Assembly (NCBI GenBank): GCA_017456985.1
Contig: JAFTIH010000031.1
Coordinates: 130,421 to 192,710 of the forward strand
Origin: Clostridia bacterium
GTDB lineage: Bacteria; Bacillota; Clostridia; Oscillospirales; CAG-272
DNA: 62,290 nt
Direction of reading: 5' to 3'
A model generated the notes under the pieces. It had not been told where the DNA came from and did not search any database. It saw only the letters and a program-made list of their open reading frames with translations. A program made the translations under genes and the position numbers. How positions within the stretch are numbered: position 1 is the first letter of the stretch; the number at the start of each line of letters is the position of its first letter. Positions 1 through 9,205 of this stretch are shown here, in pieces.

Positions 1-291
1 CAGCTGATGCTCAAGAAGACCCGAAAAAACAGAAAATTCCGTTGCCGTCGCCTTAACGAAATCCAAGCTGACAAGACCGCTCAGTGCGATCAAAAGAAAA
101 AATACGGGGAAATTACCAAACACCATAAAGGCGTTGACAGGGAGAAGCCGCATAAAATCACGGCGATAAAGGATAAAGAACTTTTTAAACCCGGGAGGAA
201 GATCTGCCTCCTCCTTGGTCACACCACGTCCCTCGCGTTGTGTATCAAAAAGCTTAAAGCGTTTTTTCTTGGGCTGTTCTTCGTGATTCAT
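1..291 (-). CDS. membrane protein, N-terminal part (gene continues past the left edge)
   Basis: Manual translation of the minus strand from ATG (289-291) gives 97 codons with no stop to position 1: MNHEEQPKKKRFKLFD...NFPVFFLLIALSGLVS, which includes a hydrophobic helix. GGAAGG lies about 8 nt upstream. Absent from the ORF track because it runs off the edge. Family not recognised. Confidence 0.45.
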   Translation of the reverse strand, partial: MNHEEQPKKKRFKLFDTQREGRGVTKEEADLPPGFKKFFILYRRDFMRLLPVNAFMVFGNFPVFFLLIALSGLVSLDFVKATATEFSVFSGLLEHQL

Positions 292-452
292 AGGAAAACC
301 TTCCATTTTCGTATAAGTATTTCTATTATAGCATTCTTTGAAGGGAAAAACAAGAATTTACTGAAAAAAGTAACAATTTACAAGAAAAAATGTGATGGAG
401 TTACGGAAAATTACGGAAAACGTGCTATAATGGAGAAAAGGGAGGGATGCTT

Positions 453-1367
453 ATGGAAAAACGTTATCAAATGGTGATCATCGGAGGCGGTCCTGCAGGT
501 TACACCGCAGCGCTTTACGGTGCGCGAGCGGGGCTTTCCGTTCTCGTTATCGAAAAAATGGGCCCCGGCGGTCAAATGGCAAATACGGGTGTGATTGAAA
601 ACTATCCCGGTTTTGAGGAGGGAATTGACGGCTTCTCTCTCGGAATGAAAATGCAACAGGGGGCAGAGCGCTTTGGCGCCCAAACGCTTTACAGCGAGGT
701 AAGCATGGTAAAGCTCGCCGCAAATCCCAAGCAAATCACCGTCGGTGCGGAGTGCATTCTTGCCGACACCGTTGTGATCGCAACGGGCGCCACGCCACGA
801 ACGCTTGGGCTTACGGACGAAGAAAAGCTGATCGGCAAGGGCTTACACTACTGCGCCCATTGCGACGGTCGCTTTTACAAAGGAAAGCGGGTTATCGTCG
901 TAGGCGGCGGCAACAGCGCTCTGACCGATGCGCTTTATTTATCCCAGCTTGCACACGAGGTCCATCTCGTCCACCGCCGTGACACCTTCCGCGCCGAGAA
1001 GATCTACCAAGATGCCGTCAAGGCGGCAAAGAACGTCGTTTTTCATCCCTATACAGAGATCAAAGAGCTGATAACAGAAGAAAAAATTTGCGGTGCCGTT
1101 CTGAAAAACAACAAAACCGAGGAAGAAGGCACATTGCATGTGGACGGTGTTTTTGTTAGTATTGGCAGAAAACCTGCGGCAGAACTGTTTTCTGAATTGG
1201 AAAAGGATGAAAACGGATATCTGGTTGCCGGTGAAGACACCAAAACGTCCTTGGATGGCGTCTATGCGGTGGGCGACGTAAGGCAAAAGCCTTTTCGCCA
1301 GATCGTGACAGCCGTATCGGACGGTGCCGTTGCTGTTCACGAGGCACAAAAGTTTCTTGCCAGGTGA
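453..1367 (+). CDS. trxB: thioredoxin-disulfide reductase
   Basis: ORF 447..1367. GGGPAGY FAD motif, CAHC redox centre, GGGNSA NADPH motif. SD GGGAGGG (441-446) abuts ATG 447, so ATG 453 is preferred. Confidence 0.93.
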   Translation: MEKRYQMVIIGGGPAGYTAALYGARAGLSVLVIEKMGPGGQMANTGVIENYPGFEEGIDGFSLGMKMQQGAERFGAQTLYSEVSMVKLAANPKQITVGAECILADTVVIATGATPRTLGLTDEEKLIGKGLHYCAHCDGRFYKGKRVIVVGGGNSALTDALYLSQLAHEVHLVHRRDTFRAEKIYQDAVKAAKNVVFHPYTEIKELITEEKICGAVLKNNKTEEEGTLHVDGVFVSIGRKPAAELFSELEKDENGYLVAGEDTKTSLDGVYAVGDVRQKPFRQIVTAVSDGAVAVHEAQKFLAR

Positions 1368-1382
1368 ACCGTGTCGCATCTC

Positions 1383-1411
1383 TTGACAAAATTTAGCAAA
1401 CGTGATAAAAT
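1383..1411 (+). promoter_or_regulatory. sigma-A type promoter (TTGACA-17-TGaTAAAAT) for the GNAT gene
   Basis: TTGACA 1383-1388, 17-nt spacer, extended -10 TGaTAAAAT ending at 1411. A GCAGAGGG/CCCTCTGC hairpin (1429-1448) follows in the 5' UTR. Confidence 0.55.
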
Positions 1412-1462
1412 ATTCGAGAAAAACAAAAGCAGAGGGGAAACCCTCTGCTTTCGAGGTGTAAA

Positions 1463-2047
1463 ATGACGCAAGAAGATTTACATAGAACCTTTACCGATCC
1501 GCCCGTCTTGGAAACAGAGCGCTTAAAACTTCGCAAAATTCTCCCCAAAGATGCCGAGGATATGTTTTTTTACTCGAAATCCTCGGACGTGACGCGGTAT
1601 TTGCTTTGGGATGTACACCCCGACGTTACTTACACGGAACAGTATATCGCCTATTTACAAGAGCGATATGCCGTGGGCGACTTTTACGATTTTGCCATCG
1701 AATACAAGGAGAATGGCAAAATGATCGGCACCGTCGGATTCACCTCATTCGATCTTCCCAATCGGTCTGCTGAGGTGGGATACGTGATTTCTCCCGCCTA
1801 TCAAGGGCAGGGAATCGCCACGGAGGCGCTGACCCGTTTGATCGACTTTGGCTTTAAAAGCTGCGCGCTTGCCCGCATTTCCGCCGTTTGTATGCGTGGT
1901 AATCTTGCGAGCTTGCGCGTGATGGAAAAGTGTGGCTTAAAGCGGGAGGGTGTCTTACGGTCTGCCGTATTTTCCAAGGGCGAAATGCGCGACGTGCATC
2001 TTTGCGCGATCACCGAACGCGATTTCTTTAATACAGCTTGTATTTAA
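1463..2047 (+). CDS. GNAT family N-acetyltransferase (RimJ/RimL-like)
   Basis: ORF 1463..2047. Acetyl-CoA motif [17 protein letters not shown] 4 nt upstream. The 3' end overlaps the convergent spo0A by 20 nt. Confidence 0.85.
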   Translation: MTQEDLHRTFTDPPVLETERLKLRKILPKDAEDMFFYSKSSDVTRYLLWDVHPDVTYTEQYIAYLQERYAVGDFYDFAIEYKENGKMIGTVGFTSFDLPNRSAEVGYVISPAYQGQGIATEALTRLIDFGFKSCALARISAVCMRGNLASLRVMEKCGLKREGVLRSAVFSKGEMRDVHLCAITERDFFNTACI

Positions 2048-2807
2048 GGCGTAAATTATCTGCGATCATTGCGATAAATTCGCTGTTGGTGGGTTTGCCT
2101 CGATTGTTTTGAATGGTATAGCCGAAATAAGAATTCAGAGTATCAATATCCCCTCTGTCCCAAGCTACCTCAATGGCGTGTCGAATGGCTCGTTCCACGC
2201 GCGACGTTGTGGTAGCATATTTTTTTGCGACAGAGGGGTAAAGGATCTTGGTAACAGAATTGATGATTTCGTTATCCTCGATCGTCATTAGTATTGCTGT
2301 ACGAAGATACTGATAACCTTTGATGTGGGCGGGAACGCCGATCTGATGAATGATTTTTGTGACCTGCGATTCTAGGTCGGGAGGACCTTGCGTCGGCTCC
2401 TCCTTGACGTCGTTTTTCTCCTTTCTACGTTGTGCCAGAGATTCGATATGCAAAAGAAGGCTCGGAAAGTCAAGCGGCTTTTTCAAGCAGATATCCGCTC
2501 CCGCGTGGACGCCTTCTACAAAAAGGCTGTTGCCTGCTACCAGAGAAGTCAAGATGAAATTAGGGGGAAGGTGTGGGGCAAAAGACATGCTTTTGATCCC
2601 TCGAATGACGCTGATCCCGTCAATTCTCGCTAACCAGGTATCCACGATCACGATATCGGGATGGGTTCGTGAGATCTTTCCGATCGCTTCTTCGCCGTTT
2701 CCGGCTTCTTCAATATTGAGATATCCTTCGTTGCGCAAAAAATCGCGTAAATGCCGTCTTTCCTCCGTTGATTCGTCTGCAATCAGCAGCTTTGTGGTTT
2801 TTTCCAT
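2028..2807 (-). CDS. spo0A: sporulation transcription factor Spo0A
   Basis: ORF 2028..2882. The C-terminal domain has the Spo0A signature ([13 protein letters not shown]...[13 protein letters not shown]...[16 protein letters not shown]). N-terminal receiver domain. Internal ATG 2807 ([13 protein letters not shown]) has SD AAGGAGAG. Confidence 0.92.
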   Translation of the reverse strand: MEKTTKLLIADESTEERRHLRDFLRNEGYLNIEEAGNGEEAIGKISRTHPDIVIVDTWLARIDGISVIRGIKSMSFAPHLPPNFILTSLVAGNSLFVEGVHAGADICLKKPLDFPSLLLHIESLAQRRKEKNDVKEEPTQGPPDLESQVTKIIHQIGVPAHIKGYQYLRTAILMTIEDNEIINSVTKILYPSVAKKYATTTSRVERAIRHAIEVAWDRGDIDTLNSYFGYTIQNNRGKPTNSEFIAMIADNLRLKYKLY

Positions 2808-2982
2808 TTTGACTCTCCTTAATCTATTGGTAATTTTTGGTAGCGAATTTATTCTATCAAAAATACCAAAAAATGTCAACACTAATTTGTCAAAAAAACC
2901 ACCAAATCTTTTTTCTAGTTTTTGGTAAAAATCACCAATTTAAGATCCCACAACCGCAAGCAAGCTGGGTTGTGGGATCATT

Positions 2983-3672
2983 TTATAAAAAAGGGCGCGG
3001 ACTCAAAACGCCGTCTTCCATATATAAAATACGGTCTGCACGCGCAGCAAGGGCGGCGTCGTGCGTTACCATAAGGAGCGTTTGCCCCATTTCCTGTCTC
3101 ATTTGCAATAACAGCTCCATTACCTCGTCTGCGTTTTTGCGGTCAAGGTTTCCCGTTGGCTCATCTGCGAAGAGGATTTGCGGGCGGTTGATCAAGGCCC
3201 TGGCTATGGCAACGCGCTGCTGTTGGCCGCCAGAAAGCGCATCGGGAAGATGGTGCAAGCGATCGCGGATCTTTAACGTTTCCGTCAGCTTTTTTAAGCT
3301 GTGCTCGTAGCTGTAATCCGGCTTTTTCATCATCATAGCAGGAAGCGTAATGTTTTCAAGTGCCGTCAACTGCGGGATAAGGTTGTGCTTTTGAAAAATG
3401 AACCCGACGTATTGACCGCGAAAGCGCGCAAGCTTATCTGCGGACATTTTCGTGATATCGTTACCGCGAATTCGTATCAAACCGGAATTGGGAGAAAGAA
3501 GTCCCGCACACAGGTGCAAAAGCGTTGATTTTCCCGAGCCCGACGTTCCCATAATGGCAACGAACTCGCCGTCTTCTACCCGAAAGGTTGCGCGGTTGAC
3601 CGCGTGGATCACAGTATCCGATTGACGGTATTGCTTGATCAGATCGCAAACCTCCAACATAGGTTTTTCCAT
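2983..3672 (-). CDS. ABC transporter ATP-binding protein (MacB/FtsE-like)
   Basis: Walker A GTSGSGKST, signature LSGGQQQR, Walker B ILFADEPT. Confidence 0.92.
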   Translation of the reverse strand: MEKPMLEVCDLIKQYRQSDTVIHAVNRATFRVEDGEFVAIMGTSGSGKSTLLHLCAGLLSPNSGLIRIRGNDITKMSADKLARFRGQYVGFIFQKHNLIPQLTALENITLPAMMMKKPDYSYEHSLKKLTETLKIRDRLHHLPDALSGGQQQRVAIARALINRPQILFADEPTGNLDRKNADEVMELLLQMRQEMGQTLLMVTHDAALAARADRILYMEDGVLSPRPFL

Positions 3673-3695
3673 ATCGTTTTCCTTTCTGCTTAGAA

Positions 3696-6041
3696 TTAAA
3701 ACTCGGATTCACTATAAAAAGTGTTTGTCAAGATCTCAGCGCGATACCGCTTTCTGTACCACAAATAAGGAAGAAGTGCGGATAAAAAGGCGGAGAATAC
3801 GCTGATAAGAATTCCGATCACGAAGACGAGGGGAGAGAGGGAAGCACCGCTTATGATCTTAGAGCCTATGCCAAGCGTATTGGGCAAAAAGCGCTCAAAA
3901 AAGAAGAACAAGCCGCCACACAAAAGCGCCGAGAACAAAAGGGAAAGCGCGGCAACGGGTAGCGAAGACAGGGTGTTCCATAAATACAGACCGCGGATTT
4001 TATTCGAGGGTGCCGAGATCGCACGAAGAATTGTGAACTCTCGCTCCCGCTTGCGGAAAAATACGCCTTGCGCGTAAATCAAATAAAGGGGAATCATCAG
4101 CAGGGCGGTTGCAGAGATCACAAGCATAAGCGAATCGTAGCGATAAAGGCGCTCCACGCGATTTTCAAAAAAGCTTTCGTGGCTTTGTACCGTACAGTTG
4201 CCCATTCGCGCAGCAAATGCGCAAAATTGGTCTTCTACGCGCATAAAATCCTTTACCGTGCACTCTTGCGCAAGGCGCACCGTCAGAACGTTTGCCAAAA
4301 GCGTTGCTCCCGTCACGTCCTCATAGACATCGGGATGCATCACGAGAGGAACCCCCTCGGCACCGCTCGGGTAATCATCGATCACCCCCGCAACCGTCAG
4401 CGTCAGCGTACGGAAGGAGAGCTTTTTATACGCCTCTTCCCAATAGTGCAGCCCTGTAGCGTTTACGATCTTTTGAGCGTTCTCGTCCAAATAAACGAGC
4501 TTTCCTTCCTCGTCTAACTCAGGGATAAGAAGCGTGACGGTATCTCCGACGGCAAAATCGAAGGTTTCACGGTTTTCAAAGGTATTACCGATCAAGATGC
4601 TGTAAGGATCGGCAAGAAAGGCGTCGGACGCTGACATGCCGTAGAACTCTTGAAAATATTCCGCCAGATCGACACCGCCGCTAATCAAGGAAACATCGCC
4701 CGTATAAAGGGTATTTCGCGCGCGGTCCTCGGCGAGTCCCCGCGAAGAGTGTACGTTTTCGCCAGCAACGCTTAACAAGACGGAAAGGGTGTCTGCGTGG
4801 ATCTTACTCGGCTCAATAAAGGCGTTCGAAACGCCGGAAATCTCCCGAAACAGTGCGATCCGCTCTGCTTCTACCGTTTCGACCGACGAGAATTTTACCG
4901 AAAAATCAGGGTCTGTGCGATAGCGAACGGCGGCATCCGCCCGATACGCTGCCGAAAGGTAACAGCCCGCAACGAATACGACGCTCAAAAGGGAAGAGAG
5001 GAAAGAAAGGGAAATATAGTGCCTTCGGAAGCGCCAAAACGATAGTGTTTCATAACCGATGGGGAAGGTACGCGAAAGCAGGTTTTGCGAGCGCGGTGGA
5101 GGTGTGACGACAACGGCACGATCCTCTCCCGCAATCAGCTGCATCGGATCCTTTTTTGTGACGAATTTCAAGGAGATAAGCGTGCCAAAAAACAATACGG
5201 CTACGATGCATAAAAGCACCGTGAAGAGCGCCGGGAGCGAAAGAAGGGAAAAACGATACGAAGCCCCACCCGATCGGTAAAGGAGCGTGCATAGCAAGGA
5301 AGAAAGGTAATACGACGGGATCAAAAAGGGAAGTGCGATTACCAAAAGCTCCGTCATTGCTTGCACACATATCCCCCTTTGTGTGGCTCCAAAGGTCGCA
5401 TAAAGCCCCAATGCAAACTGTTTGTTTCGCGCAAATATCTTGTAAAACGACACAAAAAGCGCGGCAGATAGCAGAGAGGTTAGGATCAGGCAAAAAGTCC
5501 TCGCGGCAATTAGGTTATCCGTTTCCTCTTCCTCGGTATAAAGCGGCGTAAAGGCGAGGGTAATATGATCGTTTGGCTGCTCCTCGGTACCAAAGACGTC
5601 GTGATAACGAAGGCACATCGCATTAAAGTTCGTTTCTAGGGAATCGTCGATAAAATACTTCCAGATCCCGTAATTCTTGTTACCGCTGAGAATTTTTATG
5701 TAAACGGTGTACGTAGGGTCATAATGCGTGCTGTCGTACCGCAGGGTCCTGATTACGGTGAAGCACATCGCATTACGTGATACGGTGCGGTCATCGTTGC
5801 GTAAAAGAAGCATTTCCGCCTCCGTTAAGCACGAAACCGTCAAGTGATGGTCGTACTGCTCCCGAATTTGCTGCTCCCGCAAGCTAATGTTGTTGGTAAA
5901 GGAAAGAAAAACGGTAAAGAGCACGCACTCAATCAAAAGGATCACAACCATCAACGGAAAAAAGGAGCGAAAGGATTTTATTACCGTATGATATGCGGAT
6001 GAAATTTGCTTTTTAAGGGTATCCTTCAGCTTTTCAAGCAT
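3696..6041 (-). CDS. ABC transporter permease, FtsX-like, with large extracytoplasmic domains
   Basis: ORF 3696..6086. Multiple TM segments at both ends and FtsX-type C-terminal helices. Directly upstream of the ATPase gene. ATG 6041 (MLEKLKD) follows AAAGGAGGAG; ATG 6086 has no SD. Confidence 0.85.
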   Translation of the reverse strand: MLEKLKDTLKKQISSAYHTVIKSFRSFFPLMVVILLIECVLFTVFLSFTNNISLREQQIREQYDHHLTVSCLTEAEMLLLRNDDRTVSRNAMCFTVIRTLRYDSTHYDPTYTVYIKILSGNKNYGIWKYFIDDSLETNFNAMCLRYHDVFGTEEQPNDHITLAFTPLYTEEEETDNLIAARTFCLILTSLLSAALFVSFYKIFARNKQFALGLYATFGATQRGICVQAMTELLVIALPFLIPSYYLSSLLCTLLYRSGGASYRFSLLSLPALFTVLLCIVAVLFFGTLISLKFVTKKDPMQLIAGEDRAVVVTPPPRSQNLLSRTFPIGYETLSFWRFRRHYISLSFLSSLLSVVFVAGCYLSAAYRADAAVRYRTDPDFSVKFSSVETVEAERIALFREISGVSNAFIEPSKIHADTLSVLLSVAGENVHSSRGLAEDRARNTLYTGDVSLISGGVDLAEYFQEFYGMSASDAFLADPYSILIGNTFENRETFDFAVGDTVTLLIPELDEEGKLVYLDENAQKIVNATGLHYWEEAYKKLSFRTLTLTVAGVIDDYPSGAEGVPLVMHPDVYEDVTGATLLANVLTVRLAQECTVKDFMRVEDQFCAFAARMGNCTVQSHESFFENRVERLYRYDSLMLVISATALLMIPLYLIYAQGVFFRKREREFTILRAISAPSNKIRGLYLWNTLSSLPVAALSLLFSALLCGGLFFFFERFLPNTLGIGSKIISGASLSPLVFVIGILISVFSAFLSALLPYLWYRKRYRAEILTNTFYSESEF

Positions 6042-6230
6042 GGCTCCTCCTTTCTTCGCATCGGGTGATTTGTTTTTCGTATACATTAAGATTATATCAA
6101 ATCACGTTCCCGTTTGCAATACCGAAGGAACAAAATCTCGAAAAATGATGGGTTCTTTTGCCGTAACTTGCAAAAAAAGCATAAAAAGATATGAACACGG
6201 TGTTAAAAATGCAATTTTCACCCTGAAATG

Positions 6231-6259
6231 TTGCAAAATCAAGGAATTTGTGATATAAT
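6231..6259 (+). promoter_or_regulatory. sigma-A type promoter of pckG (TTGCAA-17-TGaTATAAT)
   Basis: TTGCAA 6231-6236, 17-nt spacer, TG 6251-6252, TATAAT 6254-6259. Confidence 0.6.
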
Positions 6260-6331
6260 AAATAAAAGAATACCTTTGCGGGTATTCCAAGAGGTTTTTA
6301 TTAAATTTTGAATATAAAAAAGGAGAAAAAG

Positions 6332-8110
6332 ATGACGAAAAATCCTTACATCACCAAGTGGATCGACGAGATGGCTGCTTTGACGCAGCCTGACAAGATC
6401 GTTTGGATCGACGGTAGCGAAGAGCAGGCAGAGGCTCTGCGCGAGGAAGCAGTTTCCACGGGCGAAATGACCCGCCTCAACCAGGATTTGCTGCCCGGTT
6501 GCTATCTGCACAGAACGGCTGTTAACGACGTTGCACGTGTTGAGGGCCGTACCTTCATCTGCACCTCGAAGAAAGAGGACGCAGGTGTAATCAACAACTG
6601 GATGGCTCCTGACGAGTGCTATGCTAAGCTCGGCAAGCTGTTCCGCGGCGCTATGAAGGGAAGAACGATGTACGTAATTCCTTACTCCATGGGTCAGGTT
6701 GGTTCCGACTTTGCAAAATACGGTATCGAGCTCACCGACTCGATCTACGTCGTGCTCAACATGCTGATCATGACGCGCGTTGGTGTTGACGTTATCGAGG
6801 CTATGGGCAACGACGACGGCTTTATCAAAGGTCTGCACGCAAAGGCAGATATTGATGAAGAGAACCGTTATATCTGCCATTTCCCTGAGGATAATACCAT
6901 TTGGTCCGTTAACTCGGGTTACGGCGGAAACGTGCTTCTCGGCAAGAAGTGCTTTGCCCTTCGTATTGCATCCTACCTCGGCAGAAAAGAGGGCTGGATG
7001 GCTGAGCATATGCTCATTCTCGGTATCGAATCGCCCGATGGGGAAGTACGCTATATCAGCGCCGCATTCCCCTCTGCTTGCGGTAAGACCAACCTCGCTA
7101 TGCTCATTCCGCCCGAAATTTACAAGAAGAAGGGCTACAAGGTATGGTGCGTTGGTGACGATATCGCTTGGCTCCGCGTCGGCAAGGATGGCAGACTTTG
7201 GGCTGTCAACCCCGAAAACGGCTTCTTCGGCGTAGCCCCCGGTACGAACGAAAAGTCCAACCCCAACGCGCTTCACACGACCACCAAGAACACCATTTTC
7301 ACCAACGTTGTGCACAACCTTGACAACAACACCGTTTGGTGGGAAGGTCTTGATGATAATCCTCCCGCAAACGCAATTGACTGGAAGGGCAATCCTTGGG
7401 ACTACAGAAAGTATGACAAGAAGGATAAGTCCACCTGCGGTGCGCATCCCAACTCCAGATTCACCGCTATGGCTGCAAACTGCCCCTGCCTGTCCTCGGA
7501 ATTCAACAATCCCGCAGGCGTTCCGATCTCGGCTATCGTCTTTGGCGGTCGCCGCGCTAAGACCGCTCCGCTGGTTTACCAGTCCTTCGGCTGGCAGCAC
7601 GGTACCTTCGTAGGCTCTATTATGGCTTCCGAGACGACCGCAGCCGCCGCAGGTGCCGTTGGTGTCGTTCGTCGCGATCCTATGGCAATGCGTCCCTTCG
7701 TCGGTTACGATATGGGTGACTATTGGGCTCACTGGCTTGATATGGGCAAGAAGATCCCCAACGCTCCCAAGATCTTCCACGTAAACTGGTTCAGAACGGA
7801 TGATGAGGGTCACTTCATTTGGCCCGGATTCGGCGATAATATGCGTGTGCTGATGTGGATCCTTGCTCGTTGCGAAGGCAAGATGGATGCACGCGAGACG
7901 GCAATCGGTTACGTTCCTTATGCAAAGGATATCAATATCGAAGGTCTTGACCTTGACAACGCTACGCTCGAGGATCTTCTTAGCGTAGATAAGTCCGCTT
8001 GGCTCGAGGATATCGCGAACATCAAGGAATTCTACGCACTGGTTGGCGAGCGTGTTCCTGCAGAGCTTAAGGAAGAGCTGGCTGCACTCGAAGCGCGCCT
8101 TTCTAACTAA
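6332..8110 (+). CDS. pckG: phosphoenolpyruvate carboxykinase (GTP)
   Basis: ORF 6308..8110. GTP-PEPCK motifs FPSACGKTN and GDDIAW. ATG 6332 follows AAAAGGAGAAAAAG. Confidence 0.93.
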   Translation: MTKNPYITKWIDEMAALTQPDKIVWIDGSEEQAEALREEAVSTGEMTRLNQDLLPGCYLHRTAVNDVARVEGRTFICTSKKEDAGVINNWMAPDECYAKLGKLFRGAMKGRTMYVIPYSMGQVGSDFAKYGIELTDSIYVVLNMLIMTRVGVDVIEAMGNDDGFIKGLHAKADIDEENRYICHFPEDNTIWSVNSGYGGNVLLGKKCFALRIASYLGRKEGWMAEHMLILGIESPDGEVRYISAAFPSACGKTNLAMLIPPEIYKKKGYKVWCVGDDIAWLRVGKDGRLWAVNPENGFFGVAPGTNEKSNPNALHTTTKNTIFTNVVHNLDNNTVWWEGLDDNPPANAIDWKGNPWDYRKYDKKDKSTCGAHPNSRFTAMAANCPCLSSEFNNPAGVPISAIVFGGRRAKTAPLVYQSFGWQHGTFVGSIMASETTAAAAGAVGVVRRDPMAMRPFVGYDMGDYWAHWLDMGKKIPNAPKIFHVNWFRTDDEGHFIWPGFGDNMRVLMWILARCEGKMDARETAIGYVPYAKDINIEGLDLDNATLEDLLSVDKSAWLEDIANIKEFYALVGERVPAELKEELAALEARLSN

Positions 8111-8121
8111 CGGTTGATGAT

Positions 8122-8158
8122 TGACCGTCGCAGTGTTCCTATTGCGACGGTCAGTTTT
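8122..8158 (+). terminator. intrinsic terminator of pckG
   Basis: TGACCGTCGCA/TGCGACGGTCA 11-bp stem followed by GTTTT. Confidence 0.8.
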
Positions 8159-8216
8159 CATAAAATCGAAAAAGAATGCCGCAGTTAAGGCGAAGCATTG
8201 ATCATGCCTAATAAAT

Positions 8217-8342
8217 GGCAAACAAACGTCCAAAGTCCGAAAAAACGGCAAAAAGCCGCCTTCACACGCGAAAAAGTCAGAGGGAAAGCCGAAATTTCCC
8301 TTTTAGGTACTTCCCCCAATTATACAAAAGTTGCAGTTTTGT
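8217..8342. repeat. direct repeat copy 1 (126 nt; 3' hairpin arm missing)
   Basis: Manual alignment to 9440-9563 gives 4 substitutions and 2 one-nt indels. The indels shift every reading frame, so it is non-coding. Confidence 0.9.
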
Positions 8343-8538
8343 TTGCGCACACCGAAGAAAACCGACAGCGTGGAGGTTTTCAACCTTAAAAGTGCCCATA
8401 CAAAACGATTAAATTTTGTAAGAGCGGAGCCCATCCGAGGAACGAGGATTTGTTGCGGAGCTCGGTTAATTGGGGAGAGGGAAGTGCCAAACTACCGTCC
8501 CCCGCGTGTGAACGCACAAAAATAATTCTGTTTACCTC

Positions 8539-8567
8539 TTGACAACTGTTTCGAAAAGTGCTATAAT
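8539..8567 (+). promoter_or_regulatory. orphan consensus sigma-A promoter (TTGACA-17-TGcTATAAT)
   Basis: TTGACA 8539-8544, 17-nt spacer, TG 8559-8560, TATAAT 8562-8567. No CDS downstream. Confidence 0.65.
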
Positions 8568-8573
8568 GAAGTT

Positions 8574-8655
8574 GTTCAAACAGGAACGAAAATTGAATAT
8601 ATGGCGTAGGGAGTGCGCCACTTTGTCCGTCTGGCTGTTTACAGGCGGATTTTTT
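8574..8655 (+). ncRNA. candidate ~80-nt small RNA (promoter to intrinsic terminator), unclassified
   Basis: Predicted start is about 7 nt after the -10 box. Hairpin TGGCG-(TAGGGAGTG)-CGCCA at 8602-8620. Terminator CCGTCTG/CAGGCGG (8627-8648) plus AT6. The only reading frame is ATG-GCG-TAG. Confidence 0.5.
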
Positions 8656-8700
8656 ATATATAATATAAATTCCATCCATACCATCCATTTATCCCATCAA

Positions 8701-8870
8701 TGCGCACTTGCGGTTTATGCCGCGAAAGGCTCTTGATGTGAGTAAAACGGTGGTAGGCTATACGCCTTGCAAACATACGAGCTTGCGAGGGTGTGTGCCG
8801 CGTTTGCCGAGAAAACCGCCGTTTTTAGAGGCTCGCGTCAAGAGCACCGTGGAATAAAAAGCAAGTGCGC
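8701..8870 (+). ncRNA. candidate structured RNA: ~170-nt rod-like imperfect hairpin, unclassified
   Basis: Nested helices 8702-8711/8861-8870 (10 bp), 8714-8718/8854-8858, 8720-8724/8848-8852, 8729-8742/8832-8845 (14 bp) and 8744-8753/8816-8825 (10 bp). The 4 G-U pairs would be C-A mismatches on the minus strand. Confidence 0.5.
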
Positions 8871-9148
8871 CTACAAAAGCACCTTGAATTTGAGCCTATA
8901 AACGCCTTAAAATCAATTTACCGTTCGTCAAGATACATTTTCCTATGCTACAAGTCCAAAATCCAAAGAAAACGCCTTAAAATTAAAAATAGCCCATTCT
9001 TAACCTCACAGAACATCTTACAAAAGCCCCTCTACTTGACTAAGTAACATAAATCGCTGAAAAGCACAAAGAACGAACAGCACCGAAGAAAGGAACGCGG
9101 TGTCCCCCTATGCGCGCTGAGGGGGCAAGGGGGACAGCCGCCCCTCCC

Positions 9149-9205
9149 AAAAAGAAAAAAGAAGAACATTCCCCCCATACCCCCTATAAGAAGAAAAAAG
9201 AAAAA
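9149..9205. repeat. perfect 18-nt homopurine mirror repeat (AAAAAGAAAAAAGAAGAA / AAGAAGAAAAAAGAAAAA) around a C-rich core
   Basis: 9149-9166 read backwards equals 9188-9205. The 21-nt centre CATTCCCCCCATACCCCCTAT is itself nearly mirror-symmetric. Flanked by C5-C8 runs. Confidence 0.9.

Noticed and set aside
7-477. 156-aa + strand ORF at the left edge
   Set aside because: Lys/Arg-rich low-complexity sequence with no SD. It overlaps the better-supported minus-strand membrane-protein start and the trxB promoter region.
6239-8251. 670-aa ORF antisense to pckG. Similar long antisense ORFs: 10128-11291 (efp), 28491-29297 (fba), 35516-36166 and 36441-36977 (eno), 36941-37972 (galE), 54903-55847 (topA), 56877-57728 (dprA), 57831-58571 (trmH-like), 61100-62200 (lon), 25632-26255 (thioesterase).
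   Set aside because: Each lies opposite a gene with unambiguous conserved motifs and shows no family signature of its own. Long stop-free antisense frames are expected from this genome's codon usage.
8701-8870. Considered calling the rod-like hairpin 6S RNA (ssrS)
   Set aside because: The size and overall rod shape fit, but I see no large central bubble (the largest internal loops are 4x2 and 1x6) and cannot recall the sequence signatures well enough. Left as unclassified; a cmscan against RF00013 would decide.
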